From Chrysomallon squamiferum (Eukaryota > Animalia > Mollusca): a stretch of 64,000 nt of DNA. Location of the stretch: assembly GCA_012295275.1 (NCBI GenBank), contig CM022670.1, positions 19,034,001-19,098,000 on the forward strand, in the 5' to 3' direction. Under the pieces are notes generated by a model. That model was given only the letters and a program-made list of their open reading frames with translations, ran no database searches and was not told where the DNA came from. Position 1 is the first letter of the stretch, and each line of letters starts with the position of its first letter. The position numbers were made by a program, and so were the translations under genes. Below, piece by piece: positions 14,226 to 27,512 of this stretch.

Positions 14226-17169
14226 TATTTTCATTTACTACAATCAGCAAAAGCTCTTTATATTCATGAACTTGTACATTTTATCATTTTGCTGTTTTTA
14301 TCTACCATTTTCTAAACTTCTGATCTGAACATTTTCTAATCATTTAGTAATGATATTTGCATAAAACCAACAGCACTCTGGTAAAATGATAAACCAACAC
14401 GAAGAGAGATATAGTGCATATGTATATATTATTCTATTTATGAACTGATAATTTTAGGCCATTAATGCATTAAATCAATAATGCAAACAATTCTAGACCA
14501 GTTATGTTCAGATTTTATCTACAGTTCTCCACATTTTATTTGTTTGTGAAAAAAATAATCAGTTTCTATATTTAATTATGAAACTGTTTTTCTTTTTTTT
14601 TGTATATATTTATACATGATTATGCATTTATATCTATCTGTCTGACTATACAGATATATATTTATATATATATTTTTTTTAAATATATTTTAAACCTAAT
14701 TAACAAATGGGCAAAAATTTATGTGGTTTTCAAAAGAAAAATGTGGAAAAGGTTTCAAAAACATGGTAAATAATACATAAGCACTGTTACAACTCAGCAT
14801 TTAGCTTAATGATTTGTGTTGAAGAAACTATACAAATATGAATTTAACATAGTCTTGCTGTTGGTGGTGGATTTGTTTTGTTATTTTAAATTATATATAT
14901 ATATATATATAATTTAGAATATACTTTTAATTTCTTGTTTATTTACTGAAAATATTTTTTTTTAAAAAGAAGAAATAAAGCAATTTAAACAGATGTATTT
15001 AATAATTAAAAAACAAAATAAATAAAGAAAAAATATATATAAAAAAAGAAAAAAAAAAAAAAAAGACCATCAGAAATGACCATGTACCATCAATATTATA
15101 TTAAAATCTTTGGAAGCATTTACAATGACATACATCTTGCTTTAATTAATAACACAGCAGAGACACATGTATGTATGTATGTATGTACAGGCAATACATT
15201 TTCAAAAACATTCTAAAAACACATTTTTCTCACACTTATCAGCTCATTCCATAGTGCTTTCCCATGTATAAGACAAAAAAACAAAAAAATATATACTTTT
15301 CTTTATCTTTCAAAAATAATGTTGGGCCATAAAAATTTAACACATGCGACTGAGATGATATAAAGTGCTTTATTGTTTTATTTTAAACAGATTATTACAT
15401 GGTTTTTATTACACAGAAAAAGACATAAATCTTCAGAATATATGTTTTCAACAATTCTCATAGTATATATTTTATTGGTTCCAATAAAACAAAACCCTTG
15501 TTACTTTAATACAGAATAATCATGTTTTTAAAATTTGTGCAATTACCTAATGTAATTTTAAATATATGTATGTTTATATATATTTTAAGTATTTAAAAAT
15601 CATGAAGTTATTTTCAGAAAGTTTAGATCTTATTTACTATTTTACATTTTAATACCATTTCAAATATACATAAATATTCCTTTCATTTTAAGAAAAATAA
15701 TTTTAATAAATTATAATGAAATTTAAAAAAAAGTTTTATACATTTTTTTTTACTATCCTGATTAACCCTACCTAGCTTAAGTAAGAATAGTCTAAGCATG
15801 TTATGGTTGCTATTGTTATTATTCATTGTTTCAGTGTTTCTGTACCAGTACAAATTACTGTGATGGGTTTTTTAATTAGATGTCTACTTATGGAAAAATA
15901 TAAAATATCATTCTTCTTCTTCTTATTATTATTATTATAAACATTATTTATTTGATATAAATTTTTATTTTATTTATTTATTTATTTATTAATTTAATAT
16001 TATTATTTTTGGACCAAATCAATTTTTGATTTTTATTATAAAAAATAAATAATTCTTACAACATGGATTTCTAAAATTTCAAATTAGTTAATTATTATTT
16101 TATTCAAAGAAAACAAACAATACTTTATAAGCTTAGTATTTAATAATATTGTAATTACACATTGTACATTAATTTCTTAGTGATTTTAGAAGTCATATTT
16201 GGTGTACTCAAATATATTTATTTCATGATTACTCACTAAAGTTTAGTATAACATTATTATTATTATTATAAAGACCTGTTAACTTAAGGAAAAATAATTT
16301 ATATGTATGCATATTGCACGTTTATTCATAAAATAAAAATAAAAAAATAAAAATTAATGCTTTCTCATAGTTTAAATAAAATTTATTAAAAACAAAAACA
16401 AATATTTATTAATCTGCTTCCATCAGAACAATAGGTTAAAAAAAATTAAATAAAATCAAAATATTTATGTACATGAAAAATATAGAAGAACCAATATAAT
16501 TTTCTTTATCATTCTTGTACCTTAATTAAGCTGATAAACAGTAATATGTTGTGCACATATCTCTACTCTTTCTTCAAGCCAAAGTTTAGAAATATTTTAA
16601 CAGAGGAAACAGTTCTTAAGCATCTAATAATGAGATCAGCTTGGCATGATGAAGCAGAATGATCAGCACAAGGCAGTGTCAATGCTTCATTAAAACAAAG
16701 CAGACATTTTAACACTTATATATATATATAAAAATTATTTTCTTGAACAACTGAAGCAAAAGATGAAACAACATGAATATTTTAAAACACATTTTTTCTT
16801 CTTCATTTTATTTTTTATTTTAAATATAGTAAACACAAAATAGACAATGGTGTCTTTTTTATGCTCTTTTTGCTTTTGTTGTCTTTTGTTGTCTTTTTCA
16901 CTGAACAACTGAATCAAAGAAACAGAACATGTGCCAAGACAGTTTAATGTTTTATTTATTTCTGTTGTTATTTCTCAGACAACAAAATATCTATTGTAAC
17001 TTTTTAATGCCCTCTTTTTTCTTTCTTTCTTACTTTGGTTAACTGTCATGGACATACAGTAGATAAATGGCTTGGACATCAATCAAAATATTAACTTCCT
17101 GATTTAAAAGTGAAACAAACAGTGATTGACCCTTTTCAAGTGTGAACTCAGTGAAGACAACATACAAGT

Positions 17170-17288
17170 CTATTCCTGTGTGATGACTTGCCACACGATT
17201 AAATGGCTTCTGTCAGCTTTGTTCAGTGTTGCCTTCTTTTCTTCAGCTTCCACGTCAATGACTTCCTCTTCATCACCATCACCATCAC
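17170..17288 (-). CDS. MAPK8IP3: JIP3 last coding exon DGDGDEEEVIDVEAEEKKATLNKADRSHLIVWQVITQE*
   Basis: tgttcag|GT GAT...GAA TAG; the RSHLIVWQV C-terminal motif is family-diagnostic. Confidence 0.96.
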
Positions 17289-19963
17289 CTGAACAATAAT
17301 AAAAATAATAAAATTAATAATCCTTTTGTTTGTCATTTGCACAAACATAAATATATATGTGTGTTTGTGTGTGTGTGTGTGTGTATGAGTGAAAAAAAGG
17401 TTTTATGTTATGAACAATGGAAAAACAAAAATAAAAATAAAAGAAATCTTGACAAATTACTTGTACTCGTTTTCAATATCAAACAGAGAGGAAAAAATAA
17501 GTAATAAAACATAGAGATTACTTTTTTCTTCACACACGTGCATGCACACACACACACACACACACGTACACACACATTTGTATGTGTCTATTGTTGATAT
17601 TATTTGATTAATTTTTATCCTTCAAATACAGCCTATGAAAAATGCAAAGTTCTAGTTCATGTATTAAACATGGGAATGTGATACTGAAGAAAAATTATGG
17701 TGATCATATTTGTTTGTGCTAATAATCTAATGGATATTAGTGGAAACTGTTTTGCTTATGAATTACTATTATAATTCATTAATTTCATGCAATAATATTT
17801 TATTTGAGATATCTGAAAATTAGGTATAAAAAATATTTTAAAAAACATATTATTTAAATACCTCATGTTAAAAATATTATAATGTATAATGTATATACAT
17901 TAACACATGTAATTAAAATTTAAAATAAAATTAACTAATATACTGAATAAAATTTTTATAAAAACAAATTACATTTGAGGTTTCTTGATTAAACAATGAA
18001 AAACATTTAAACTGCATACTTAAATAGCAAATTTTTTTCTTTAAATATAAATAATTTTAGAAATAAGGTTAATAAGTATTTCCTAGAGATTAACTCATTA
18101 AGTAAAAAAAAAAAATGAAATGACAATTAAAAAAATAATTATAATAAAATATTTAATAATGAATAGAAATAAAGCTTTCAGTATTTTCTTTCAGAACTAG
18201 CAGAACTTCAATATTCAAAATATTAAATATCAAATAAGACAAAAATTGGAAATAAATAAATAAATAAATAAATAAATAAATTAAACAAATTAAAAAAAAA
18301 AATAATTTAAATGATGCATCCATTAAATTTTAACTTTATAACTCAAAATATATTTTTCATAGATTAAATTTTAAAAACTAATAAAACATATTGCATAAAT
18401 CAGATAAAAAATAACAGAGTAAATTAAATATAATAAATAATAGATAAACTGCACATTTAATTTTAAAAAGAAACTAAAGGAACTATTACATTTAAGGATC
18501 CTTTGGATTAAATATAAAAAATAATTTAAGAAACTGCATAAATCATACAAAAATCAGTTGAAATAATTTATAATTTTGAGTGATTAAATATAAAAAAAAA
18601 CCCACGTAAAATGCCTGTTTCATTTAAGTGATAACTGAAACAACTCATAAATTATACTAAAAACAAATTATTCAAAATAATATATACAATCACTAAAAAA
18701 AAAATATTGTATAACTGTTTAATTTGGCATAAGGAACATAAACACTTAGTAAATTTTTGTTTTGTTTAAATTATATATATATATATCTTACAGAATTTTG
18801 TTGTTGTTTTGTTTTTGTTTTTTACTTGCATTTTAAAATAAATAAATCCAAACCTGTTGTTACGTAAGATACAATTTTAAATGAACAAAGTAATTATATT
18901 ACTATTATACATATATATATATAAATATGCATGTATATATATGGGTGTTTTTTTTGATGTAGTGAAATATTCATAAATGATAAAATTAAAACATTCAATA
19001 TATTTCCTCCTACTGAAAATAATTATTGTAAAACAACAAAGGGTTATATTTGATTTATTCATTCAGTAATAAAAAATAAAAAAAAATTTAAAAAAAAAAA
19101 AAATGTTTAAAATGTAGTGAAACAAAAAAAAAAAAAAAAAAACGGTTTTCATATATCCATAAAGATAAAGAATAGTTAGATATAAAAATAAATTAGCAAG
19201 GAAGCTTTAAAAAAAAAAAAAAAAAATCCCTGACAACAACCAAATTACACTTTTATAAACTCAAACAAATTAAACAAAAAACAAACAGGACATATTTCTT
19301 CTTACAGTTGAGAAAATGATATATATCAAAACATATCAGTTCAAAACTATTATTCTGATATTTTTAGGCCACTTTTTTATTTTTATTTTATTTTTTATTT
19401 ATTTTTTATTGTTTTTAGAAGTTTATGTTTATATAAATTTATTTTAGTGAAGCTGCCATAAATAGAAAATATAAAATCTTTGAATGCAAAAAAAAAAGTT
19501 TTTCATAAAAAATTAAATACATAACTGCAAAATGTTAAGATAAAATAGAAAAATAATTTTTTTAAACAAAATAAAAATAAAATAAAATAGCAAAAATGAA
19601 ATAAAACATAAAATATTATTAAAATTAAAAATTAAAACACGACAAAATATTTAAAGTAAATTTTTGAAAAATACAAAATAAAATAAAACCAACCCAAAAC
19701 CAAAACCATACCAAATAAAAAAATAAATCCTTAAAATAAAATAACTAAATAATAACTAAAAAATAAATAAATAAAAGAAAAATATAAATTAAATACTGAA
19801 AAAACATAAAAATGTATAAATTCTAAAATTAAAATATTGTTACTAATATGTCTTAAAAGACAAATAAAAATAATAAAAAATATAATAAAAGAAAATGAAA
19901 GAAAGAAATTTAAAAAAATGGCAAATATCCCCAAATAATACTGATGCAATTAAAAATATAATA

Positions 19964-20222
19964 TAGATTGAGGATCCATTATCTAAAGTCCAAACAGAAA
20001 TAGTGATATCTTACTAGTTTTCAGATTCTTTTTGCTTCACAAACTTTTTTTTATGCTCAAAATTATTAAAAATGTTATATAAATATAAACTATTTGTAGA
20101 AGCTGTACCTGACATAAATGAATATTGCATTTAGATGCAGATCCTATTTTTAGGCTATCTCCTTATATATCCAAAATCTGAAACACTTCTGGTCCCAATC
20201 TATTTTGGGAAAAGCATTCTAA
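19964..20222. mobile_element. Degenerate non-autonomous pogo/Tigger4 (Zombi/MER46)-like DNA transposon
   Basis: Colinear blocks tagattgaggatccattatc / cacaaactttttttatgctcaaaattattaaaaatgttatataaa / acataaatgaatattgcatttagat / atccaaaatctgaaacacttctggtcccaa resemble the recalled Tigger4b consensus; preceded by TA. Confidence 0.7.
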
Positions 20223-20423
20223 ATAAGTAATTAAAATGCTTTTAAAAGCTTACAGTTATAACATAACTGCCTGACCGAGCCTAAATCAATATTAGAAATG
20301 ATATATTTTCTGAAATGAATAGACATCATGGTTTCTTTTTTAACTCTGTTTCACCATAAAATAATTATGGATGACATCTGAAAATATTAAAACAATAAAG
20401 GAGAAATAAAATTTATTACTCAC

Positions 20424-20567
20424 CAATACGGAAGTCTACGTAACCTTCACCCCCAGACAAAACAAGCTTGGTGTTACTTTGTGGGGCTGGGACAGCCTCC
20501 TGTCGGGTTTTCATGACTTTGGTACTGTCGTCATCACTGGCAGCACTCATTCCTTTTCTTGGAAATC
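20424..20567 (-). CDS. MAPK8IP3: JIP3 penultimate exon FPRKGMSAASDDDSTKVMK...LVLSGGEGYVDFRIG
   Basis: ttttcttaaaag|GA TTT...ATT G|gtgagt, 144 nt, phase 1-1; a second in-frame AG could start the exon at 20552. Confidence 0.93.
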
Positions 20568-20685
20568 CTTTTAAGAAAACAACAGCAAGTGTTAATATAG
20601 TTATATATAAAAAAATTCTTGGGTTACTTTTGTCATTTATTTTACATTTAAAATCTTTAATTTGTATGTGTTGTGTTGTGTTATG

Positions 20686-20717
<32 letters not shown>

Positions 20718-22132
20718 CTTTGTTATATTTATTTAATTTAAAATTCATACAAAAATAAATTTCATTTTCAATAAACATGAATTTACAATTTATAATGATA
20801 AGCTAGATAAATATATAAAATATACCAAATTTTTTATTTCAATACATACATTTATAATTATTGCTGTAATATTTATTTTACTTAACTATATATAATGATA
20901 AGCTTGATAAATATATAAAATATACAAGAATTATATTTCATTATAGGTTTGTTAAACTTTTCATTTAATAAATGCTATGTAAAGAAGCTGTGTATATAAA
21001 ACAAACTAATAGTAAAATAGCAGTTTATTGAAATGGAATTTAAAACCTAATATAATAATTTCTTTATTTTCTTTTAACATTAATAAAGAATGATAGCTTA
21101 AAATAATAATAATAATAATAATTAGACACACACACAAACATTTTATTATTGATTTTGCTTTGTGTAGAACATTAGTGCTTTGTGGAATTTCTTAATGTAA
21201 ATATTTTTCATTAAAATAATTTGTTTTTACATATTTACTTTATTTTTATTTATTTAATTTTAAAAATTATTATTGTTATTACTGTTTTATTTTTGTTAAT
21301 TTAATTTTTTTTTTTTTTTTTTTTTTTGAGAAAAGAATGATTATTTCATTAAAAAATAAACTGATTTTTAATAGAAATAATTACGAATACATAATTACTT
21401 ATTATTTAGTGCTGTTTTTCTGTTTACTTGGTTTTTTCAACTTATTAAATCCTAAAATATCTACTACTTTCTTCAGACAAATATAAGTAACATTACAGAA
21501 AAATTATTTATTGAGACTGAGCAATTTAATTATCAATTTAAAAATAATGTTTACTGGAAAAATTAGGATTTTGTAACTTAAACATCTTACAATATCAGTA
21601 TTTATAATAAATATAAAAGTAAAAATATATTAATGTTATTTTTGTATTTTACAATTTAAATTTAATAAATGTAGAGGACGAAAATGTTACAAATAAAAAG
21701 TTTTTACAAATACAGATGCTATATTTAGATAAAAATTGGCAATAATAGAAAATAAAAAACAGAACTGTCATTTATATTTATTCATTATTTATAAATAAAT
21801 ACAGTAATTTAAAAAATAGTAATAGCAAAGTGTAACAAATTTCTTTCTTTATTTTACCAATCAAACAAATATTGATTTTATAACTAAAATGTTTTTTCAA
21901 CAAACTGATAAACATATAAACAAAATTAGTAATATGCGCAGTATTTTAAATATAAACAATTTTTTTTCAAATCCATTATTTATATTTTAATAGTTTTTTC
22001 TTTTTTCTTTTAAAAAAAATACAGATTTTATTATTGAAATCATTTTATAGTGCATAATTTAAAATGTTTATTTGTATCTGTATATTATTATTAATTATAA
22101 TATTTTTCTTATTTATTTATTTATTTATTTTA

Positions 22133-22184
<52 letters not shown>

Positions 22185-24051
22185 TTGTTGTTGTTGTTGT
22201 TTAAATATATTTAACTGATCTTTGAAACTGGAAATAAATATACATCTTATAAACCATAATTAATCATAAAACAGAAAGAAAAAAGAAAGAAAAAACAAAT
22301 AAAGGCTTTGTGTTTCATACAATGGAGTATTACTTGTAGTGAAATATATCAAAGTTGCTTATTTCCTGTATTCAAGAGAAAGCTGATATTTAACTGCACC
22401 CTTGATTCTTTCCATAAACCTGCTAGAAATACTAATTTATGTATAGTAATTAAATTTTCACTGATCACTGAACCATTATATAATATAAATGAAGGGTGGC
22501 ATACAGAAAATCTTTAATTAATTAATTATAAATGATAATAATAATTACAATAATACTGATAATAACAACAACAATAATAACACCCTAAATTTTGAAGGTA
22601 CAATAGGTTATTTTTAATATCCTGGCCTATGTTCCTAAAAAATGTCAGTATACAAGTAGCTCTGACATTTGTTATAAGATTTTGGCTTACTGATAAATAA
22701 AATCATATTCTTTAAGGTAGTTATATATTTCCATTTCAATGAACATGAATTTAGAATTTATTTTCTAATGCAACTCATACACTGGAGAAATAAAAATAAA
22801 GCATTAGAAGTGATGACTTCTTGATAAATGTTTTCAGTTATTACCATTCTACCATAACAAAGGTATGACCTACAAGCAAAATTAATGTTGAGAAGAGAAA
22901 ATTTTACATTTACATCCAAGCATTGTTGTAAGTTAAGTTTACTTTGTTTAGTGAATTATTCAGTAACCACAGATTAACAATTACACATAGAACAACTTGT
23001 TTAAATAATCAATTCTTTTTTCAGCTTACCTTATTTACATTGTTTTATGTATATTAGGAATATATTGCTTTGAAACTGGTTTTTTTTTTTTTTCAGTTAA
23101 TGATTATTATTATTACTATTATTACCATTATTTATTTTATTTTATTATTATTTATCATTATGATTATTATTATATTATATTATTTATTTATTTTATTTTT
23201 GTACATTTTTTTAAGAATTTAAATATAAATTCTAAAATATTAAAATCAAGTTCAGTAAAATTTTGTAAATGTATTTTAATAAACTAGTATATTTTTACAG
23301 CTTTATGGTTTTAGCAGTAAAGATAAACATATTCTAACATGTTATTTATAAACAATTAACAAGCTAAATATGATTTCATTCAGCAAGCAGACTTAAGGCA
23401 GTTTTGTCAAATGCTGATTACATTTTCAAATGTTTATTATGCTACTTTTTCAAATATGCATTATGTTAGCAACAACAACTTTGATATTAAAAATTGGTCT
23501 CATATAAAGACTGTCTTTTTTCTTTGGTGTGAGTAGTTATTGTTGTTGATTTTATATATATATATATATAGTAATAAATAAATAAATAAATTAATTTAAA
23601 AAAGAAAAAACAACAATATAAATTATAAATAAATAAATAACAAAAACTAGTATAACACATTTTTTTAAAAGAGAAAAGGAAAAAGTGAAGAGATTTTTAA
23701 AATGTTAGTGTGAAATTAAGGATTACTATAATCATCAGTGCATTTTTAAATGTTTATACTAACCATAACCTATATTAATAATAATAATAGTTGTAGCTGC
23801 AGCAGTAGTAATAAATTTAAATTTTATTCTGTAAAAATTATTACTTTTTGAAAAAGAACAAACCAATTATGAAAATAATCTTATGTCTGCTTAAAATTAA
23901 AAAATTAAATCTGTAAATTAATATTTGAAAGGCTAATATTTCTGATATGCAAAAAACATTTTAAAATATATAACTAATAAAACCATAAAAATAGCAAGCA
24001 GATTATTTATAATTATTATTTTTTTTAACTAATTATAAGCCAAACAGATAC

Positions 24052-24075
24052 CTGAGATATCAGAGCCAAAATCAC
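24052..24075 (-). CDS. MAPK8IP3: Candidate 24-nt microexon (GDFGSDIS)
   Basis: ttttattttatttcaag|GT GAT TTT GGC TCT GAT ATC TCA G|gtatct; phase 1-1. Confidence 0.65.
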
Positions 24076-25515
24076 CTTGAAATAAAATAAAAATAAGACC
24101 AATTAATAATATAACTTTACTTAACCAAGAGCTAATTAAAGTGTATCTTTGTTGAAGCATAAAAATAGTTAATATGTTCTGAATACTTCAAAGTTATGAT
24201 TTTTGTCTATTTATTAATTAATTAATTAATTAATTAATTTTATTTATTTATTTATTTATTTAAATTTTATATTTATTTTTTATTTTTTATTTTTTGTTTG
24301 CCATCCTATCTTAATTAATAATGAACTATAATAGCATAAGAGTTTGTTTGCTATTCAAAATATATTTGCTATTTCAATATATGTATGTGTGTTTAAAAAT
24401 ATCTCAGTACTGCCATTGTTTGGTTGCTGTCATGGCCTTCTCCTTGTATACAGATTTGCCTTAAAGTTCTTTCTAGTGTTGTCATATATTCAATGTCATC
24501 ACATCAGTTATGAAGGGGTAAATTGTCAGTGTTCAGATAATATTTTGCCATACTTTGCTGAATTTTATTAAACCATTTATTTATACTTGAATTTCAAGAG
24601 CAGTTTCTGTTCAGGTATAATTTCTTTTGGTTCTATATTAAATTTATCACAGTTTAGCTTCTAAAATCAACTGGACAATATGAATTACACTGCAGATAAA
24701 TGATGAGTAAATTAAATGATGAAATTGATGTAAAGATTATTAATGAAGGAATAGAAATATCTGAAAACAGTCTGAAACATAATTGTCCATTAATTTCTGA
24801 TTCTTTTCAGATAATTTAATAAACAAAAGGAATTTCTAAACATGCATAACCAAAGCTAAAAACATATATGTTAAAACCATCACCAAAACTGTGCCAAACC
24901 ATGCCAACATGGACACAAAAAAGGAAAAGTAAACCATACCAGAACTGTTTTTGTATTTAATTTAATTAAAGATTTATGATTTCAATAGCAGTTAAATCTG
25001 TCACAGTATGAAATCAAGCATGATAATCAATTGATAAAATATTTCAATAAACCAAGATGATGCAGCATTCTGTTAAAGGAAATATTTTCACATAAAAAAT
25101 ACTTATGAAATTATAAAACTTAATCAACTGCAAAATTAATTTCCTGCAATAGTTATAAATTATGATTAATGTACAAATATGCTTTTATCTGCTGACACCA
25201 ACATAAATTTTGTATAGTCATTTCTTAGAAATATTGGTTGTGAAATACTGACATGTAAAAATATTTCTCTATGCAAATACAAAATAACTTTAGTTTCAGT
25301 ACAACAACACTAGTTTAAATTTGTTGTTTTACCCCAACAATAATCTTTTAACATTTCTTGATTTTCTTACTGAAATACTGCAACAGTTAACAATTTAATC
25401 TACAAATATCATTTACATATTTTTACTAAAAACAATAACAGAAAACAGATCTGGTATGGTTTTGTATTAGTAAATCATGCAGGTATTTAAACAAAGGAGA
25501 GAAAAGCATTAATAC

Positions 25516-25545
25516 CTTTAATGGACTGAATGAACTTGCCAACAG
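25516..25545 (-). CDS. MAPK8IP3: Candidate 30-nt microexon (AVGKFIQSIK)
   Basis: ttttttttatcatctgtattag|CT GTT GGC AAG TTC ATT CAG TCC ATT AAA G|gtatta; phase 1-1; UGCAUG and ACUAAU within 50 nt downstream. Confidence 0.65.
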
Positions 25546-25694
25546 CTAATACAGATGATAAAAAAAAATATATATATTGAAACATAACAACAAAAGCAAA
25601 TAATAAAACAGTAACACAGCTCAAACTGAATACAAAGCAAAATAAAAATAAATCTGAAAACAGAAATTATAAATCATGCAAAGTTCATATGTAT

Positions 25695-25736
<42 letters not shown>

Positions 25737-25817
25737 AAACATATTCACATTAAAAAAAAAAAAAAAGACATTTATTTTTTCTGAATTTTAAAAGAAATGA
25801 TGACTGAGAAAGGAAAC

Positions 25818-25832
25818 CTGTTGCCAAGACTT
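25818..25832 (-). CDS. Candidate 15-nt microexon (EVLAT)
   Basis: tctgcag|AA GTC TTG GCA ACA G|gtttcc; phase 1-1; UGCAUG ~140 nt downstream. Confidence 0.45.
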
Positions 25833-26776
25833 CTGCAGACTTGTCATTTGTGTTACATATTTACAGAAAAAAAAACATATCATAATAAACCAGATATCAA
25901 ACATTGGTTGGAAAGAAAAACAGTTCATGTCTGATTTTCAATCAAGTAAATTCTGCGAGTTTTCAAACCCAGCTGACTCACTGAACATACATACACTGTG
26001 TTGTTATAGGATATTAAATCTAAGAATAAATGTTGAGACTGCTTATTGTTATATGCCAAGTGCTGATTATAGGTAATCATTATCTGAGGATTGTCTTTGG
26101 TTTGTTTCATGTGCATTGCTATAGATTTGTATGCACATAAAGTGTGTGATTTGGTATCAAGCTGTTGACACAAATTAGTTTCATCAATACATGGAGGCCA
26201 TAAAATGAAAATCAACATAAATTATATGATAACTGAATAACTGCATATATGTCTATCGTGAAGCAAAATATATTAGTTATGTTCTTAACAGCACTGGGTA
26301 AAGGAGTATTGATTATAATTGTAACTTATTAAAATAAAGATATCATAACAGCATAAGGGTAAAGATATTTATATATCTTCTTTACTGTCCAAGTTAAAAT
26401 CAGTTTATTTCAAAGTTATATAAATTTAAAGGGTAGGGGGCAAAATAAAGGGTAAAGGAAAAGATATAAATAATGAGTATATGGGCAAAGAGAAAGAAAT
26501 TACCTCATTAGTTTTAGAATTCAGTCACAATTTGTTTTTGTTAATAAAAAAAAAAAATTCAGCTGATTATTAAAAATAATAAGTAGTTAAAGGTGATCTT
26601 CTTTTTTCTTTCTTTTCTTAAGCTAAATATATAAATATTAAAAATTAACCAATATTCATCATTTAAAACAATTTTGATACTCATTAATTGGATTCTTACA
26701 TATATTTAAGTTTTAAGTTAAATTTAATAAACTACTATTATTTCCAGTCAAAACAACAAATATTTCACTGCAGGCA

Positions 26777-26801
26777 CAGACAGACAGACAGAGACAGAGA
26801 C

Positions 26802-26893
<92 letters not shown>
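26777..26893. repeat. (GACA)n/(GA)n microsatellite
   Basis: Direct reading; produces the spurious ER/SL-repeat ORFs. Confidence 0.95.
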
Positions 26894-26894
<1 letters not shown>

Positions 26895-27301
26895 AAGAAA
26901 AAGAAAGATAAAAAAAGAGAGAGGAACACAAGACGAAAAAAAGGAATGAATATAACAGAAATAGAAAAACTCCTCCAGCAGAAACAATTTGTCTGAAGTA
27001 AATTAGAAACAAACAAGAAACTTAAAACCATTATTGATTGACTAAAACCATTTTAATTCTTTTTCGATTCTGAAAGGTTAGTTCCAAATCCTAAAATCTC
27101 AGTGGAGAGTAATGAAATGCATGTCTTTCAAATAAATCAATATTTGTTAAAACAAATTTTTAATTACAAAAAAAAAAGTAATTCTCTCTTATTATTTTTT
27201 TTTTTTTTTTGTTTCGTTGTGTTTTTCAACTAAGTAAAAAATTAATTTAAAAAAAAGTAAAGAAAAGAGACAAAATAATAGATTTTTTCTTCTAATTGCA
27301 T

Positions 27302-27340
<39 letters not shown>

Positions 27341-27470
27341 CCATAAAATAAAGTCGATATTTAGAGAAAAAGATATGTGTCTTAATAAAAACAAATAACT
27401 ATTTGTAATTTGACAGCCTGAAAAGATTTACTGTTATTCAGTGCCAATAACATGTGACAACTGGCCAAAC

Positions 27471-27512
27471 CTGGCAAAAGCCATATCATTATGTTGACTT
27501 TGTAGTGACAGT
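27471..27512 (-). CDS. Candidate 42-nt exon (DCHYKVNIMIWLLP)
   Basis: gttgcag|AC TGT...TTG CCA G|gtttgg; phase 1-1, open frame; weak pyrimidine tract. Confidence 0.35.

Noticed and set aside
20791-20925. 35-nt direct duplication 100 bp apart
   Set aside because: Ordinary AT-rich slippage duplication with no functional clue
23025-23035. Strong donor-like AAG|gtaagc on the minus strand
   Set aside because: No upstream pyrimidine tract or acceptor; frame contains stops
26688-27031. ORFs with RE/SL dipeptide repeats
   Set aside because: Translation of a (GA)n microsatellite
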